Shown here piece after piece: positions 17,415-26,503 of a DNA stretch of 64,000 bases. The stretch's first letter is position 1. Each line of letters starts with the position of its first letter. The position numbers and the translations under genes were made by a program. Below the pieces are notes generated by a model. It searched no databases. It saw only the letters and a program-made list of their open reading frames with translations, and had not been told where the DNA came from. Source of the DNA: Dehalococcoidia bacterium (GTDB taxonomy: Bacteria; Chloroflexota; Dehalococcoidia; Lucifugimonadales; UBA1127). The stretch lies in NCBI GenBank assembly GCA_965217675.1, contig OZ244559.1:2243216-2307215 (forward strand), given 5' to 3'.

Positions 17415-18809
17415 ATGACCACGCTGACAGGCGCCATCACCCAGGAAACGGCTCGGTTCATTGTGGAGACGACGTATGACGACCTGCCGGATGCCCTCCG
17501 TGCGGAGTCGCTGCGCTGCATCGTGGACGGGATCGGGGTGATGCTGGCTGGCGTGCCCGAGGAGTGCACGCGGATCATCCACCGCTATGTGGAATCGTTG
17601 GGCGTGACCGGCGCGGCGCGTGTCCCCGGCGTCGCGGTGTCCTATCCGGCGGAGTTTGCGGCGCTGGCCGCGGGCGTGAGCGGCCATGCCCACGACTTCG
17701 ACGACACGCAGCTCGCATCGACGCCGGACCGGGTCTACGGGCTGCTGACCCACCCGACGGTACCCGCGCTCTCGGCGGCACTGGCGGTCGGGCAAGAGAC
17801 GGCTGCGACGGGGAAGGACCTTGTCCGCGCATTCAACATCGGCCTGGAGGTGGAATGCAAGCTGGCCGAGGCCGTCAACCCGCAGCACTACCAGCGGGGC
17901 TTCCACAGCACGGGTACGCTGGGGGTCTTCGCGTCAGCGGCCGCCACGGCGTCGCTGATGGGCCTTGACCACGAGCACACGCGGACGGCGCTGAGCATCG
18001 CGGGGTCCAAGAGCGCGGGGCTGCGGTGCAACTTCGGCACCATGACCAAGCCGTACCACTCGGGCGCGGCGGCGCAGAACGGCGTCGTCGCGGCCAAGCT
18101 GGCGTCGCTGGGCTACAGCGCCGACCCGTCAGGGCTGGACGGACCGTGGGGCTTCTTCGCGGTGGCGGGCGGTGGCGTCGACGAGGAATACGTGCTCGGC
18201 AAGCTGGGCAGTCCGTGGGCGCTTCTGGACCCCGGCGTATCCGTCAAGCCCTACCCGTGCGGGTCGCTGCTGCACCCGGCCATGGACGCGCTGCGGGGCC
18301 TGCTCATCGAGCATGACGTCGACCCCAACCGCATCAAGGAGGTGCGGCTTGGCACGGCATCGAACGTGTTGAACGCGCTGCGGTATGCGGTGCCGGAGAA
18401 CGCGCTGCAGGCCAAGTTCAGCGTGCAGTTCATGCTGGGCGTGCTGGCGCTCCGACGACGCGCGGGAATTGCCGAGTTCCGCGACGAGGTGGTGCAGAGC
18501 CCGGAGGTGCGGGCCATGATGCAAAGGGTGAAGCCGTACTTGGACGAGGGCATCGAGGCGCAGGGCTTCGAGCGCATTCGCAGCCGCGTCGAGGTGGAGC
18601 TAAGCGACGGCGCTGTGCTGACCCGGGAAGCCTCCGCGTCGCGCGGCACGCCGGAGTGGCCGATGTCGCGGGAGGACCTGGCGGAGAAGTTCACGGACTG
18701 TGCGGCGGGCGTGCTGTCGGCAGCTGCCATCCCCGCAGCGATCGCGGCAGCGTGGGGCGTAGAGGGGCTTGGCAGCGTGGGGGAGTTGCTGGACGCGGTG
18801 CAGGGGTAG
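17415..18809 (+). CDS. MmgE/PrpD family protein (2-methylcitrate dehydratase-like)
   Basis: ORF 17268..18809. I place the start at ATG 17415, which has a GGAGGA RBS. TARFIVETTYDDLPDALRAESLRCIVDGIGVMLAG and HAHDFDDT are typical of the family. Confidence 0.85.
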   Translation: MTTLTGAITQETARFIVETTYDDLPDALRAESLRCIVDGIGVMLAGVPEECTRIIHRYVESLGVTGAARVPGVAVSYPAEFAALAAGVSGHAHDFDDTQLASTPDRVYGLLTHPTVPALSAALAVGQETAATGKDLVRAFNIGLEVECKLAEAVNPQHYQRGFHSTGTLGVFASAAATASLMGLDHEHTRTALSIAGSKSAGLRCNFGTMTKPYHSGAAAQNGVVAAKLASLGYSADPSGLDGPWGFFAVAGGGVDEEYVLGKLGSPWALLDPGVSVKPYPCGSLLHPAMDALRGLLIEHDVDPNRIKEVRLGTASNVLNALRYAVPENALQAKFSVQFMLGVLALRRRAGIAEFRDEVVQSPEVRAMMQRVKPYLDEGIEAQGFERIRSRVEVELSDGAVLTREASASRGTPEWPMSREDLAEKFTDCAAGVLSAAAIPAAIAAAWGVEGLGSVGELLDAVQG

Positions 18810-18818
18810 GAGCAAAGC

Positions 18819-19078
18819 ATGGTCAGATACCCTGCTCTCATAGACGGTGAACCTGGGGCCTTTGGTGTGGTGTTTCCGGACATCGACGGGATTGGCGCAA
18901 TGGGCCAACGGTCGAGGAGGCCCTGGCAAACGCTAGGGCCGTGCTCTCGGATTACGCAATTGAAATGCAGCGGGACGGGACTGAAGTAGTGACGCCCAGC
19001 CCCTTGGATTCCATCGAAGTGCCAGACGGGGCACAACTGACCACCGTGCCACTCCACTTCGCTCCCACAGCAACCTAG
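18819..19078 (+). pseudogene. HicB-like antitoxin gene with a single-base frameshift
   Basis: It is not in the ORF track because both halves are under 60 aa. ATG 18819 follows a TAGGAG RBS and gives MVRYPALIDGEPGAFGVVFPDIDGIGAMG. The reading frame then shifts near 18904-18910. The next frame reads TVEEALANARAVLSDYAIEMQRDGTEVVTPSPLDSIEVPDGAQLTTVPLHFAPTAT, ending at TAG 19076-19078. The total length of 260 nt is one short of a multiple of 3. Confidence 0.65.
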
Positions 19079-19096
19079 GTCCGTTCCCCCTTCCCG

Positions 19097-19125
19097 TTGA
19101 CACCCCCATAGGCCCCGCCTACAAT
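19097..19125 (+). promoter_or_regulatory. Near-consensus sigma70 promoter of the rplU-rpmA operon
   Basis: TTGACA at 19097-19102, a 17-nt spacer, then TACAAT at 19120-19125, about 40 nt upstream of the rplU GTG. Confidence 0.55.
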
Positions 19126-19165
19126 AGTTATTTGCCGCGCATTCCCTTGAAAGGCGTTAACCATC

Positions 19166-19783
19166 GTGTCCAGCTACGCAGTAATCCAGACCGGCGGGAA
19201 GCAGTACCGGGTCCAGCCCGGCGACGTCATTGACGTTGAGAAGCTCGAGGAAGAGGTGGGCGCGCGGGTAGCGCTGTCCGACGTGCTGCTTGTCGGCGAA
19301 GACGATGCGGTTTCCGTGGGAACGCCCACCGTGGACGGGGCCCAGGTGACGGCAGAGGTCGCCGATCAGTTCCGCGGTCCGAAGATCATCGTTTACAAAT
19401 ACAAAGCCAAGACCCGCTACCGCCGCAAGAACGGCCATCGCCAGAGCTACACGCGGCTGCGCATCAGGCATATCCTGACCGGCGGCGCCGAGGAGCCCGA
19501 AGAAGTGGTGGCGGAGCCCGTCGCTGAAGAGACGGTAGAGGAAGCCGCACCGGCCCCGGCCCCTCGACGCAGGCGCCGCACGGCACAGCCCGCCGCGGCA
19601 ACCGAGGAGCAGGCGGCGGAAGCGGTCGCTGAGGAGCCCGTCGCGTCTGCTGAAGAAGCTGAGGCGGTGGAAGCTGTGGCAGAGGAGCCCGTTGCCTCTT
19701 CAGAAGAGCCTGAGGCCGCAGAAACTGGCGAAGCAGATTCCCAAGCGGAGGAACCCTCCGAGGGCGAAAAGAAGGCAGAGTAA
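19166..19783 (+). CDS. rplU: 50S ribosomal protein L21 with a C-terminal acidic Ala/Glu/Pro-rich extension of about 100 residues
   Basis: ORF 19166..19783 (GTG start). The N-terminal roughly 103 aa ([13 protein letters not shown]...[28 protein letters not shown]) are canonical L21. The remainder is low-complexity and contains a tandem 17-codon repeat. Confidence 0.9.
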   Translation: MSSYAVIQTGGKQYRVQPGDVIDVEKLEEEVGARVALSDVLLVGEDDAVSVGTPTVDGAQVTAEVADQFRGPKIIVYKYKAKTRYRRKNGHRQSYTRLRIRHILTGGAEEPEEVVAEPVAEETVEEAAPAPAPRRRRRTAQPAAATEEQAAEAVAEEPVASAEEAEAVEAVAEEPVASSEEPEAAETGEADSQAEEPSEGEKKAE

Positions 19784-19825
19784 CCGCTCCGCTTAACCGG
19801 GGCGAGGGAACCAGGGAGTAGAACA

Positions 19826-20083
19826 ATGGCCCATAAGAAGGGTGGCGGTTCCAGCCGGAACGGCAGAGACAGCAAGGGGCAGCGCCTCGGCGTCAAGGTG
19901 TACGGCGGCCAGGTGGTGCGCACCGGAGCGGTTCTGGTTCGGCAGCGCGGCACACGCATCTACCCCGGCAAGAACGTTGGGCTTGGACGCGACTTCACTC
20001 TGTTCGCACTCGCGGACGGCGAGGTGAAGTATGAGTGGGCGCTGAAGGACCGCAAGATGGCCAGCGTCTACCCGCAGGGGTAG
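19826..20083 (+). CDS. rpmA: 50S ribosomal protein L27
   Basis: ORF 19826..20083. [29 protein letters not shown] is present. Confidence 0.95.
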   Translation: MAHKKGGGSSRNGRDSKGQRLGVKVYGGQVVRTGAVLVRQRGTRIYPGKNVGLGRDFTLFALADGEVKYEWALKDRKMASVYPQG

Positions 20084-20122
20084 CTTAAAGGCTGCATCGT
20101 CGGGTTCAGGAGTGACTAGGCA

Positions 20123-20326
20123 ATGAAGACAGCGATACATCCACAGTGGCACGCAGAAGCAGTGGTACACTGCGTGTGCGGCAACACCTTCACCACCGGC
20201 TCAACGAAGCCGGAGTTGCGCGTGGAGATCTGCAACCGATGCCACCCGTACTTCACGGGTGAGCAGCGAATTGTGGACACCGAGGGCCGGGTCGAGCGCA
20301 TCAAGCGGAGGTACAACCTCAAGTAG
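20123..20326 (+). CDS. rpmE: 50S ribosomal protein L31 (Zn-ribbon type)
   Basis: ORF 20123..20326. MKTAIHPQW...CVCGNTF...[10 protein letters not shown] is present. Confidence 0.95.
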   Translation: MKTAIHPQWHAEAVVHCVCGNTFTTGSTKPELRVEICNRCHPYFTGEQRIVDTEGRVERIKRRYNLK

Positions 20327-20338
20327 CGCGGACCGGAT

Positions 20339-20372
20339 CTCGGGGTGGTGCAAGCCACCCCGAGTTCTTTTT
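20339..20372 (+). terminator. Rho-independent terminator after rpmE
   Basis: A 10-bp stem (CTCGGGGTGG / CCACCCCGAG) closes the loop TGCAAG and is followed by TTCTTTTT. Confidence 0.7.
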
Positions 20373-20515
20373 CAGGGCAATTGGCGATTCCCAGTCCAGT
20401 TGGACATTGGACAGGCCCAGGCAAACGGAATGGGCGGGGCCGCCAGGGGAGAGGTTCCCGTATTCGCGGGAACGGCGTGAAGCAAGCGCAGGGAAGGCAA
20501 CGGGAGGACAACAGG

Positions 20516-21526
20516 ATGCCGCAGCCGTTCTACTACGGTGGTCAGGCCCTGATAGAGGGTGTGCTCATCAGGGGGCAGCGGAACGTGCGCATGGCCGTAC
20601 GCCGTCCCGATGGAGGCATCTGGACTGGGCCGCTCCCACTGAACCCCATCACGAGCGGCCGGCTTCGCCGCATTCCGCTGGTGCGGGGTGTGCTGGTGCT
20701 GGCCGAGGCACTGCTCATGGGCATGCGCGGATTGAACCGTTCGGCAGAAATTGCGATGGCGGACCCCGACGCGCCGCCTGTTCCCGACGGCGAGCAGCCG
20801 AAGGTCGGCAAGGCAGAGCGGGTCAGCATGGCGTTCACCATGGCGATCGCGCTTGTCTTCGGCATCGGCATCTTCTTCCTGCTGCCGCTGTTTGGCGCTC
20901 GCTCGCTCGACAGCGTTATCGAATCGTCCGTCGTGAGCAACTTGCTGGAGGGTGTCATCCGGTTGGCGATGCTGGTGGGGTACATCTGGCTCATCGGGCA
21001 CCTGAGGGACGTCAAACGCGTCTTTGCCTACCACGGCGCGGAGCACATGACCATCCACGCATACGAGCACGGGAGGCCTCTGGAGCCGGAGGAAATCGAG
21101 CAATTCCCGACGGCACACCCGCGCTGCGGCACGGCCTTCCTGCTGACCGTGGTGCTGGTGTCCGTGCTGGTATTTACGCTTGTGGGCCGCCCTTCCCTGG
21201 TATGGGCTGTGGTTTCCCGCATCGCGCTGGTGCCGGTAATCGCCGCTGTGAGCTACGAATTCCTGCGGTTCAGCGGGGCACACAGCGAGCGCGCTTGGGC
21301 GCAGATGCTGGCGTTCCCCGGCCTCATGCTGCAACGGCTCACCACGCGCTGGCCCGACCGCTCCCAGATTGAGGTGGCGGTAGCTGCGATGAACAGCACC
21401 CTGGCCGCGGACGGGGTCATCCCGGCGGGCAGGCCCTCAGACGACGCGTCGCCGGTCGAGGACGGCCCCTTGCGACAAGATTCAACGCAGGAGGGGCAGG
21501 CAGCCTCTGAGGGTGAAGCCAGATAG
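20516..21526 (+). CDS. DUF1385 family membrane protein (YqhQ-like)
   Basis: ORF 20345..21526. I place the start at ATG 20516 (MPQPFYYGGQALIEGVLIRG), downstream of the terminator. YHGAEHMTIHAYE is present. The position after rpmE is common for this family. Confidence 0.85.
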   Translation: MPQPFYYGGQALIEGVLIRGQRNVRMAVRRPDGGIWTGPLPLNPITSGRLRRIPLVRGVLVLAEALLMGMRGLNRSAEIAMADPDAPPVPDGEQPKVGKAERVSMAFTMAIALVFGIGIFFLLPLFGARSLDSVIESSVVSNLLEGVIRLAMLVGYIWLIGHLRDVKRVFAYHGAEHMTIHAYEHGRPLEPEEIEQFPTAHPRCGTAFLLTVVLVSVLVFTLVGRPSLVWAVVSRIALVPVIAAVSYEFLRFSGAHSERAWAQMLAFPGLMLQRLTTRWPDRSQIEVAVAAMNSTLAADGVIPAGRPSDDASPVEDGPLRQDSTQEGQAASEGEAR

Positions 21527-21532
21527 GGCTTG

Positions 21533-21541
21533 TGCTATACT
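21533..21541 (+). promoter_or_regulatory. Candidate extended -10 promoter (TGcTATACT) of the arginine operon
   Basis: TG at 21533-21534 and TATACT at 21536-21541, about 98 nt upstream of argJ. Confidence 0.35.
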
Positions 21542-21639
21542 CCTAGGGTTGTTTGCCAGAGGCCTCCACAACGGAATTTCCACCTATCCAGCCCTAATCG
21601 TTGTGCGCTGGAATAGACAACCAACCGTAGGAGACACCA

Positions 21640-22854
21640 ATGACACATGAAATAGCTGTTGTCCCGGACGGGTCTGTCACGACCCCGCTGGGATTCACCG
21701 CAGGGGGGACGTACGCTGGAATTCGCACGTACGCCCCGGGCAAAGTCGACCTAGGCATGCTCTTCTCAGACAGTCCGGCTACGGCCGCCGGGACCTACAG
21801 CCTGAACAAAATCCTCTCGCCTTCCGTGACTGTCAGCAGGCGGAACGTCGCTAGAGGCTATTCCCGCGGTGTGATTGTGAACAGCGGTTGCGCCAACTGC
21901 TCCGTCGGCGATCAGGGCCTGAAGGATGCCGAGGAGATGGCGTCGCTGGCCGCGGGCGTGGTCGGCGTGGCCGCCGAGGACATGGCTGTCAGCAGCACCG
22001 GGCTCATCGGCGTCGAGCTGCCCATGGGCCTCATCCGGAACGCCGTCGGCAATATCGAGCTCACCCGGGACGGCGGGCACGATTTCGCCCGGTCCATCAT
22101 GACCACGGACACGGTCAGCAAGGAGATTGCGGTCGCCTTCTCCGTAGGCGACGTCACCGTGACCGTTGCGGGCTGCTGCAAGGGCTCCGGCATGATCCAC
22201 CCCAACATGGCCACGATGCTTGCCTACCTGACCACCGACGCCGAGGTGGGCGCTGCCTTCCTGCAGGAGACCCTGAGCGAGGTGGTAGACGCCACATTCA
22301 ACATGGTGGACATTGACGGCGACACAAGCACGAACGACACCGTGCTGCTGTTCGCCAACGGCGCATCGGGCGCGGCAGCTGCCAAGGGGACACCGCAGGG
22401 CGAGGCTTTCGCCGCAGCTCTCTTGCAGGTGTGCACCCACCTGTCGCGGGAGATGGTGAAGGACGGCGAGGGCGCCACCAAGCTCATCGAAGTAACGGTG
22501 GACGGCGCGGAAAGCGTCGAGGATGCGCGGCTGGCGGCCCGTTCCGTGGCGAGCTCAATTCTGGTGAAGACAGCCATCCACGGAAACGACCCCAACTGGG
22601 GGCGCATCATGATGGCTGTTGGCAAGAGCGGCGCGGAGGTTGTTGAGAACAAGATCACCCTCCATGTGAACGACATCTGCATCATGGAGGCGGGTCTGCC
22701 CGTGCCGTACCTGCGGGAGTCGCTGGTGGCGTCCATGCACGGCGACGAGGTCCGCATCCGCGTAAGCCTTAACCTCGGCAACGGCGTGGCAGTCGGCTGG
22801 GGCTGCAATATGAGCGAGGAATTCGTCACCTTCAACAGCGCGTATACCACGTAG
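21640..22854 (+). CDS. argJ: Bifunctional glutamate N-acetyltransferase / amino-acid acetyltransferase
   Basis: ORF 21640..22854 (404 aa). It contains the autoprocessing region KGSGMIHPNMATMLAY and the C-terminal NSAYTT. Confidence 0.95.
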   Translation: MTHEIAVVPDGSVTTPLGFTAGGTYAGIRTYAPGKVDLGMLFSDSPATAAGTYSLNKILSPSVTVSRRNVARGYSRGVIVNSGCANCSVGDQGLKDAEEMASLAAGVVGVAAEDMAVSSTGLIGVELPMGLIRNAVGNIELTRDGGHDFARSIMTTDTVSKEIAVAFSVGDVTVTVAGCCKGSGMIHPNMATMLAYLTTDAEVGAAFLQETLSEVVDATFNMVDIDGDTSTNDTVLLFANGASGAAAAKGTPQGEAFAAALLQVCTHLSREMVKDGEGATKLIEVTVDGAESVEDARLAARSVASSILVKTAIHGNDPNWGRIMMAVGKSGAEVVENKITLHVNDICIMEAGLPVPYLRESLVASMHGDEVRIRVSLNLGNGVAVGWGCNMSEEFVTFNSAYTT

Positions 22855-22859
22855 AGAAG

Positions 22860-22897
22860 AGCGCCGCGTCCGGCAATCGGGCGCGGCGCTTTCAATT
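22860..22897 (+). terminator. Strong GC hairpin with a weak U tract between argJ and argB (possible partial terminator or processing site)
   Basis: A 13-bp stem (AGCGCCGCGTCCG / CGGGCGCGGCGCT, with one G-U pair) closes the loop GCAAT and is followed by TTCAATT. Confidence 0.3.
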
Positions 22898-22915
22898 GAG
22901 GCAACAGAGGAAACG

Positions 22916-23704
22916 GTGAGCGCAGCCAGACAACAGAAGCCCATCGTCATCAAGATTGGCGGCAGCACCCTGGGGAGCGGGGACACGACGCTGGAGGATG
23001 TTGTCGCCATGCAGCGGCGGGGGCTCGCGCCCGTCGTCGTCCACGGCGGCGGTCAGGTCATCAGCCGATGGATGGAGAAGACGGGCGCGGCGCCGCATTT
23101 TGTGCGAGGCATGCGGGTGACGGACGAGGCGGCGCTGGACATTGTGCTGGCCGTCCTCACGGGGCTGGTGAACAAACAGCTGGTGGCCTCTGTCCTGGCG
23201 CACGGCGGCAAGGCGATGGGATTCAGCGGGGCCGACGGGGGCATCCTGCAGGCGAAGACGCTGGACCCGGACCTGGGCTATGTGGGGGACATTACGAAGG
23301 TTGACGCGTCGCCGATCCAGGAGATGGTGGCGATGGGGTGGATCCCCGTCATTGCGCCGATCGCGGTGGGCCTGAACGGCGGGCCCGGAGCAACGCTGTA
23401 CAACATCAACGGTGACGTGGCCGCGGGTGAGTTGGCGGCGGCGTTGGAGGCGGAGCGGCTCATCTATCTGACGGACGTCGACGGCGTGATGGACGCAGGA
23501 AAGCGGACGGTGCCGCGGCTGCTGCCAGAGCAGGCAGAGTCGCTCATCGAGAGCGGCGTTGCCGCGGGGGGCATGATCCCCAAGCTGGAGGCATGCCTGA
23601 AGGCGCTACCCAAAGTGGGCACAGCGCAAATTTTGGACGGCAGAGAGCCCCACGCGCTCCTGGAGTGCCTGGAGGGCAGGGGTAAAGGCACACGCATTGG
23701 CTAA
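22916..23704 (+). CDS. argB: Acetylglutamate kinase
   Basis: ORF 22916..23704 (GTG start). IVIKIGGS...VVVHGGG...NINGDVAAGELAAAL is present. Confidence 0.9.
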   Translation: MSAARQQKPIVIKIGGSTLGSGDTTLEDVVAMQRRGLAPVVVHGGGQVISRWMEKTGAAPHFVRGMRVTDEAALDIVLAVLTGLVNKQLVASVLAHGGKAMGFSGADGGILQAKTLDPDLGYVGDITKVDASPIQEMVAMGWIPVIAPIAVGLNGGPGATLYNINGDVAAGELAAALEAERLIYLTDVDGVMDAGKRTVPRLLPEQAESLIESGVAAGGMIPKLEACLKALPKVGTAQILDGREPHALLECLEGRGKGTRIG

Positions 23705-23719
23705 GGCAAGGAGACGCTA

Positions 23720-26503
23720 ATGGCAGGCAATTTTGGCGGCGGTTTCGGCGGCGGCTTCCCAAACTTCGGTCAGCCGGGGCAAATTGGGACGCCGGAGATT
23801 CCGTGGCGGGGGTTGGTCCTGTGGGGCGGCGGCATTGCTCTGGTGATAGGGCTGTTCCTATTGGCCTTCTGGCTGCTGGACGTGTACACCAACTTCCTCT
23901 GGTTCGGTAACCTGGGGTTTGAGGGCGTGTACCGCACGATCCTGGTCCAACGCATCTGGCTCTTCTTCACCGGCACGCTCCTCTTCGCGATTATCTCATC
24001 GATCAGCGTTTGGCTTACATACCGCTACGGGCGGGGACCACAGGTGACGCCCGTGCCGGAAGAGACGCTGGAGTTGCTGAGGCCGCTTACGCTGGCTGGT
24101 GTGATCTTCGTCATTGCCATTGCCTCACTCATCTTCGGCGGCGTAGCGGGCGGCGGCTGGAACGTGGTGTTGGGCTACATCCACTCCACGAGTTTCGGCG
24201 TGTCGGACGCGCAGTTCGGCCAGGACGTCTCGTTCTTCGTCTTCACGCTGCCGTTGCACCAGCTGGTGCAGGGGTGGCTGCTGGGCGCGTTCATCGTGAC
24301 GTTGCTAATGAGCCTGGGCATGTACTTCGTTCACTTCAGCCTGCGGGGGGCCGTCTTTTCCTTGACGCCGCCCGTTCGGACGCACCTTTCGGTCTTGGGC
24401 GCGCTGTTGCTCTTCACCTTTGGGTACGGCTACTGGATCGACATCTACAACCTCGTTTTCTCGAACAACGGGGCGGTAGTGGGCGCCACGTACGCGGACG
24501 TCAACGCACGCATCCCGGGCCTGACGGTGCTCATCTTCATCGTCTCTGCGGGGGGCCTGCTTATGCTGCTCAACGCCTTCTGGCTGCGGGGCACACGGCT
24601 CATGGTGGGCATTGGGCTGCTGTGGGTGGGCGCGCTGATAATACTGCAGTTCGCGTGGCCCAACGCGGTGCAGCGGTTCCAAGTCATCCCGTCCGAGTTG
24701 GAGCGGGAGCGGCAGTTCATAGGCAGGAACATTGAGGCCACACGGGACGCCTTCGGGCTGAACCGCATCGCCGAGTCGTCGTACCCGATTCGGGAGAATC
24801 CCCGGGTGACCAAGGATATCGTCGAAGCGAACCCAGGGATCATCTCGAATCTGCGGCTGTGGGACCACCGGCCGTTCCTTGACACGTTGAACCAGATCCA
24901 GTTCATCCGGCTGTACTACGACTTCCAGGACGTAGACGTGGACCGGTACACGCTGGACGGCGAATATACGCAGCTCATGATAAGCGCGCGGGAGCTCTCT
25001 CCGGAGCGGCTGCCGCAGGAAGCCCAGAACTGGGTGAACCGGACGCTCCAGTTCACCCATGGCTTTGGCGTGGTCGCGGCGCCGGTGACGGAGTTCGCGG
25101 ACGACGGCAAGCCGGAATTCGTGCTGCAGGACGTGCCGCCCACGGGCAAGATCCCGGTGACCCGCCCGGAGGTCTACTACGGCGAAAACACGCGGGACTA
25201 CGTCGTCGCCAACTCCGGGGTGGAGGAGTTTTCCTACCCCACGGAGACGGACATTCCCGTTTACGAGCGGTATCAGGGCCATGGCGGCGTCCTCGTGAGC
25301 GGGTTCTTGCGACGGCTTGCCTACGCTTGGAAGTTCCGGGACCTGAACCTGCTGATCAGCGAGAACATCACGCCTGGCAGCCGAATCCAGTACAACCGGA
25401 ACATCCAGGAGCGAGTGGCGGACGTCGCCCCATTCCTGGTGATGGACAGTGATCCGTACGTGGTCGTGGTCAACGGCGAGTTGCAGTGGATTCAGGACGC
25501 GTACACGGTCACAAGCCGGTACCCGTACTCGACGCCGTTCTCCGGAGAATTGGGCGATTTCAACTACATTCGCAACAGCGTCAAGGTCGTCATGAGCGCG
25601 TACCAGGGCGACTTGACCTTCTACGTGATTGAGCCAACGGATCCGCTTGTCCAGACGTACCAGAAGGTGTTCCCCAAGCTCTTCACGCCCATTGACGAGA
25701 TCGACACCCGGCATCCGGGGCTCCGGGAGCACATCCGCTACCCGGAGGGCCTCTTTGAGGCGCAGGCGCAGCAGTACCTTCAGTACCACATGACGGATAC
25801 CACGGTCTTCTTCAACAAAGAGGACCAATGGAGCATCCCACAGGAGGAGTTCTTTAGTGCTCCGGAGATGATGCAGCCGTACTACCTCATCATGAAGCTG
25901 CCGGACTCCGTTCAAGAGGAGTTTGTGCTGCTGCTGCCGTTCACGCCTGCCGAACGCCCGAACATGGTGTCGTGGCTGGCGGCGCGCAACGACGGCGAGC
26001 GGTATGGCGAGCTGGTGAACTTCGTGTTCCCGCGGGGCAAGCAGCTGGACGGGCCACTGCAGGTCGAGGCCCGTATCGACAACGACCCGGATATCTCGCA
26101 GCAATTCACGCTGTGGGGGCAAGTCGGGTCACAGGTGCTTCGTGGGAACCTGCTTGTGGTCCCGATTGACAACACCATCCTGTATGTGGAGCCGGTGTTC
26201 CTGCAGGCGGAGAACCTCGCCTTCCCGGAACTCAAGCAAGTCATTGTCGCGGACGCGGGTGAGGTCGTGATGCGGCCAACGCTGCAGGCGGCCCTCGACG
26301 CGCTTACGGGCTCGAGCACACCTGCTCCATCGCTGGATACGCCGGTCCCCGTTGCGGACGCAGCGCCGCCCGCAGAGGCGGGGTCGCTGCAGGAAGCGCT
26401 GGGCGACGCGTCGGACGCCATCGAATCCCTGGATTTGGCGTTTGAAGAGTTGAGGCGATCCCTTGAGGAACTAAACCGGCTTGCGGAGGAGCAGCAACGA
26501 TGA
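23720..26503 (+). CDS. UPF0182 family large integral membrane protein
   Basis: ORF 23720..26503 (927 aa). It has multiple N-terminal TM helices followed by a large soluble domain. LWFGNLGFEGVYRTIL, GATYADVNARIP and NLLVVPIDNTILYVEPVFLQ are typical of UPF0182. An AAGGAGA RBS is present. Its stop overlaps the argD start (ATGA). Confidence 0.85.
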   Translation: MAGNFGGGFGGGFPNFGQPGQIGTPEIPWRGLVLWGGGIALVIGLFLLAFWLLDVYTNFLWFGNLGFEGVYRTILVQRIWLFFTGTLLFAIISSISVWLTYRYGRGPQVTPVPEETLELLRPLTLAGVIFVIAIASLIFGGVAGGGWNVVLGYIHSTSFGVSDAQFGQDVSFFVFTLPLHQLVQGWLLGAFIVTLLMSLGMYFVHFSLRGAVFSLTPPVRTHLSVLGALLLFTFGYGYWIDIYNLVFSNNGAVVGATYADVNARIPGLTVLIFIVSAGGLLMLLNAFWLRGTRLMVGIGLLWVGALIILQFAWPNAVQRFQVIPSELERERQFIGRNIEATRDAFGLNRIAESSYPIRENPRVTKDIVEANPGIISNLRLWDHRPFLDTLNQIQFIRLYYDFQDVDVDRYTLDGEYTQLMISARELSPERLPQEAQNWVNRTLQFTHGFGVVAAPVTEFADDGKPEFVLQDVPPTGKIPVTRPEVYYGENTRDYVVANSGVEEFSYPTETDIPVYERYQGHGGVLVSGFLRRLAYAWKFRDLNLLISENITPGSRIQYNRNIQERVADVAPFLVMDSDPYVVVVNGELQWIQDAYTVTSRYPYSTPFSGELGDFNYIRNSVKVVMSAYQGDLTFYVIEPTDPLVQTYQKVFPKLFTPIDEIDTRHPGLREHIRYPEGLFEAQAQQYLQYHMTDTTVFFNKEDQWSIPQEEFFSAPEMMQPYYLIMKLPDSVQEEFVLLLPFTPAERPNMVSWLAARNDGERYGELVNFVFPRGKQLDGPLQVEARIDNDPDISQQFTLWGQVGSQVLRGNLLVVPIDNTILYVEPVFLQAENLAFPELKQVIVADAGEVVMRPTLQAALDALTGSSTPAPSLDTPVPVADAAPPAEAGSLQEALGDASDAIESLDLAFEELRRSLEELNRLAEEQQR

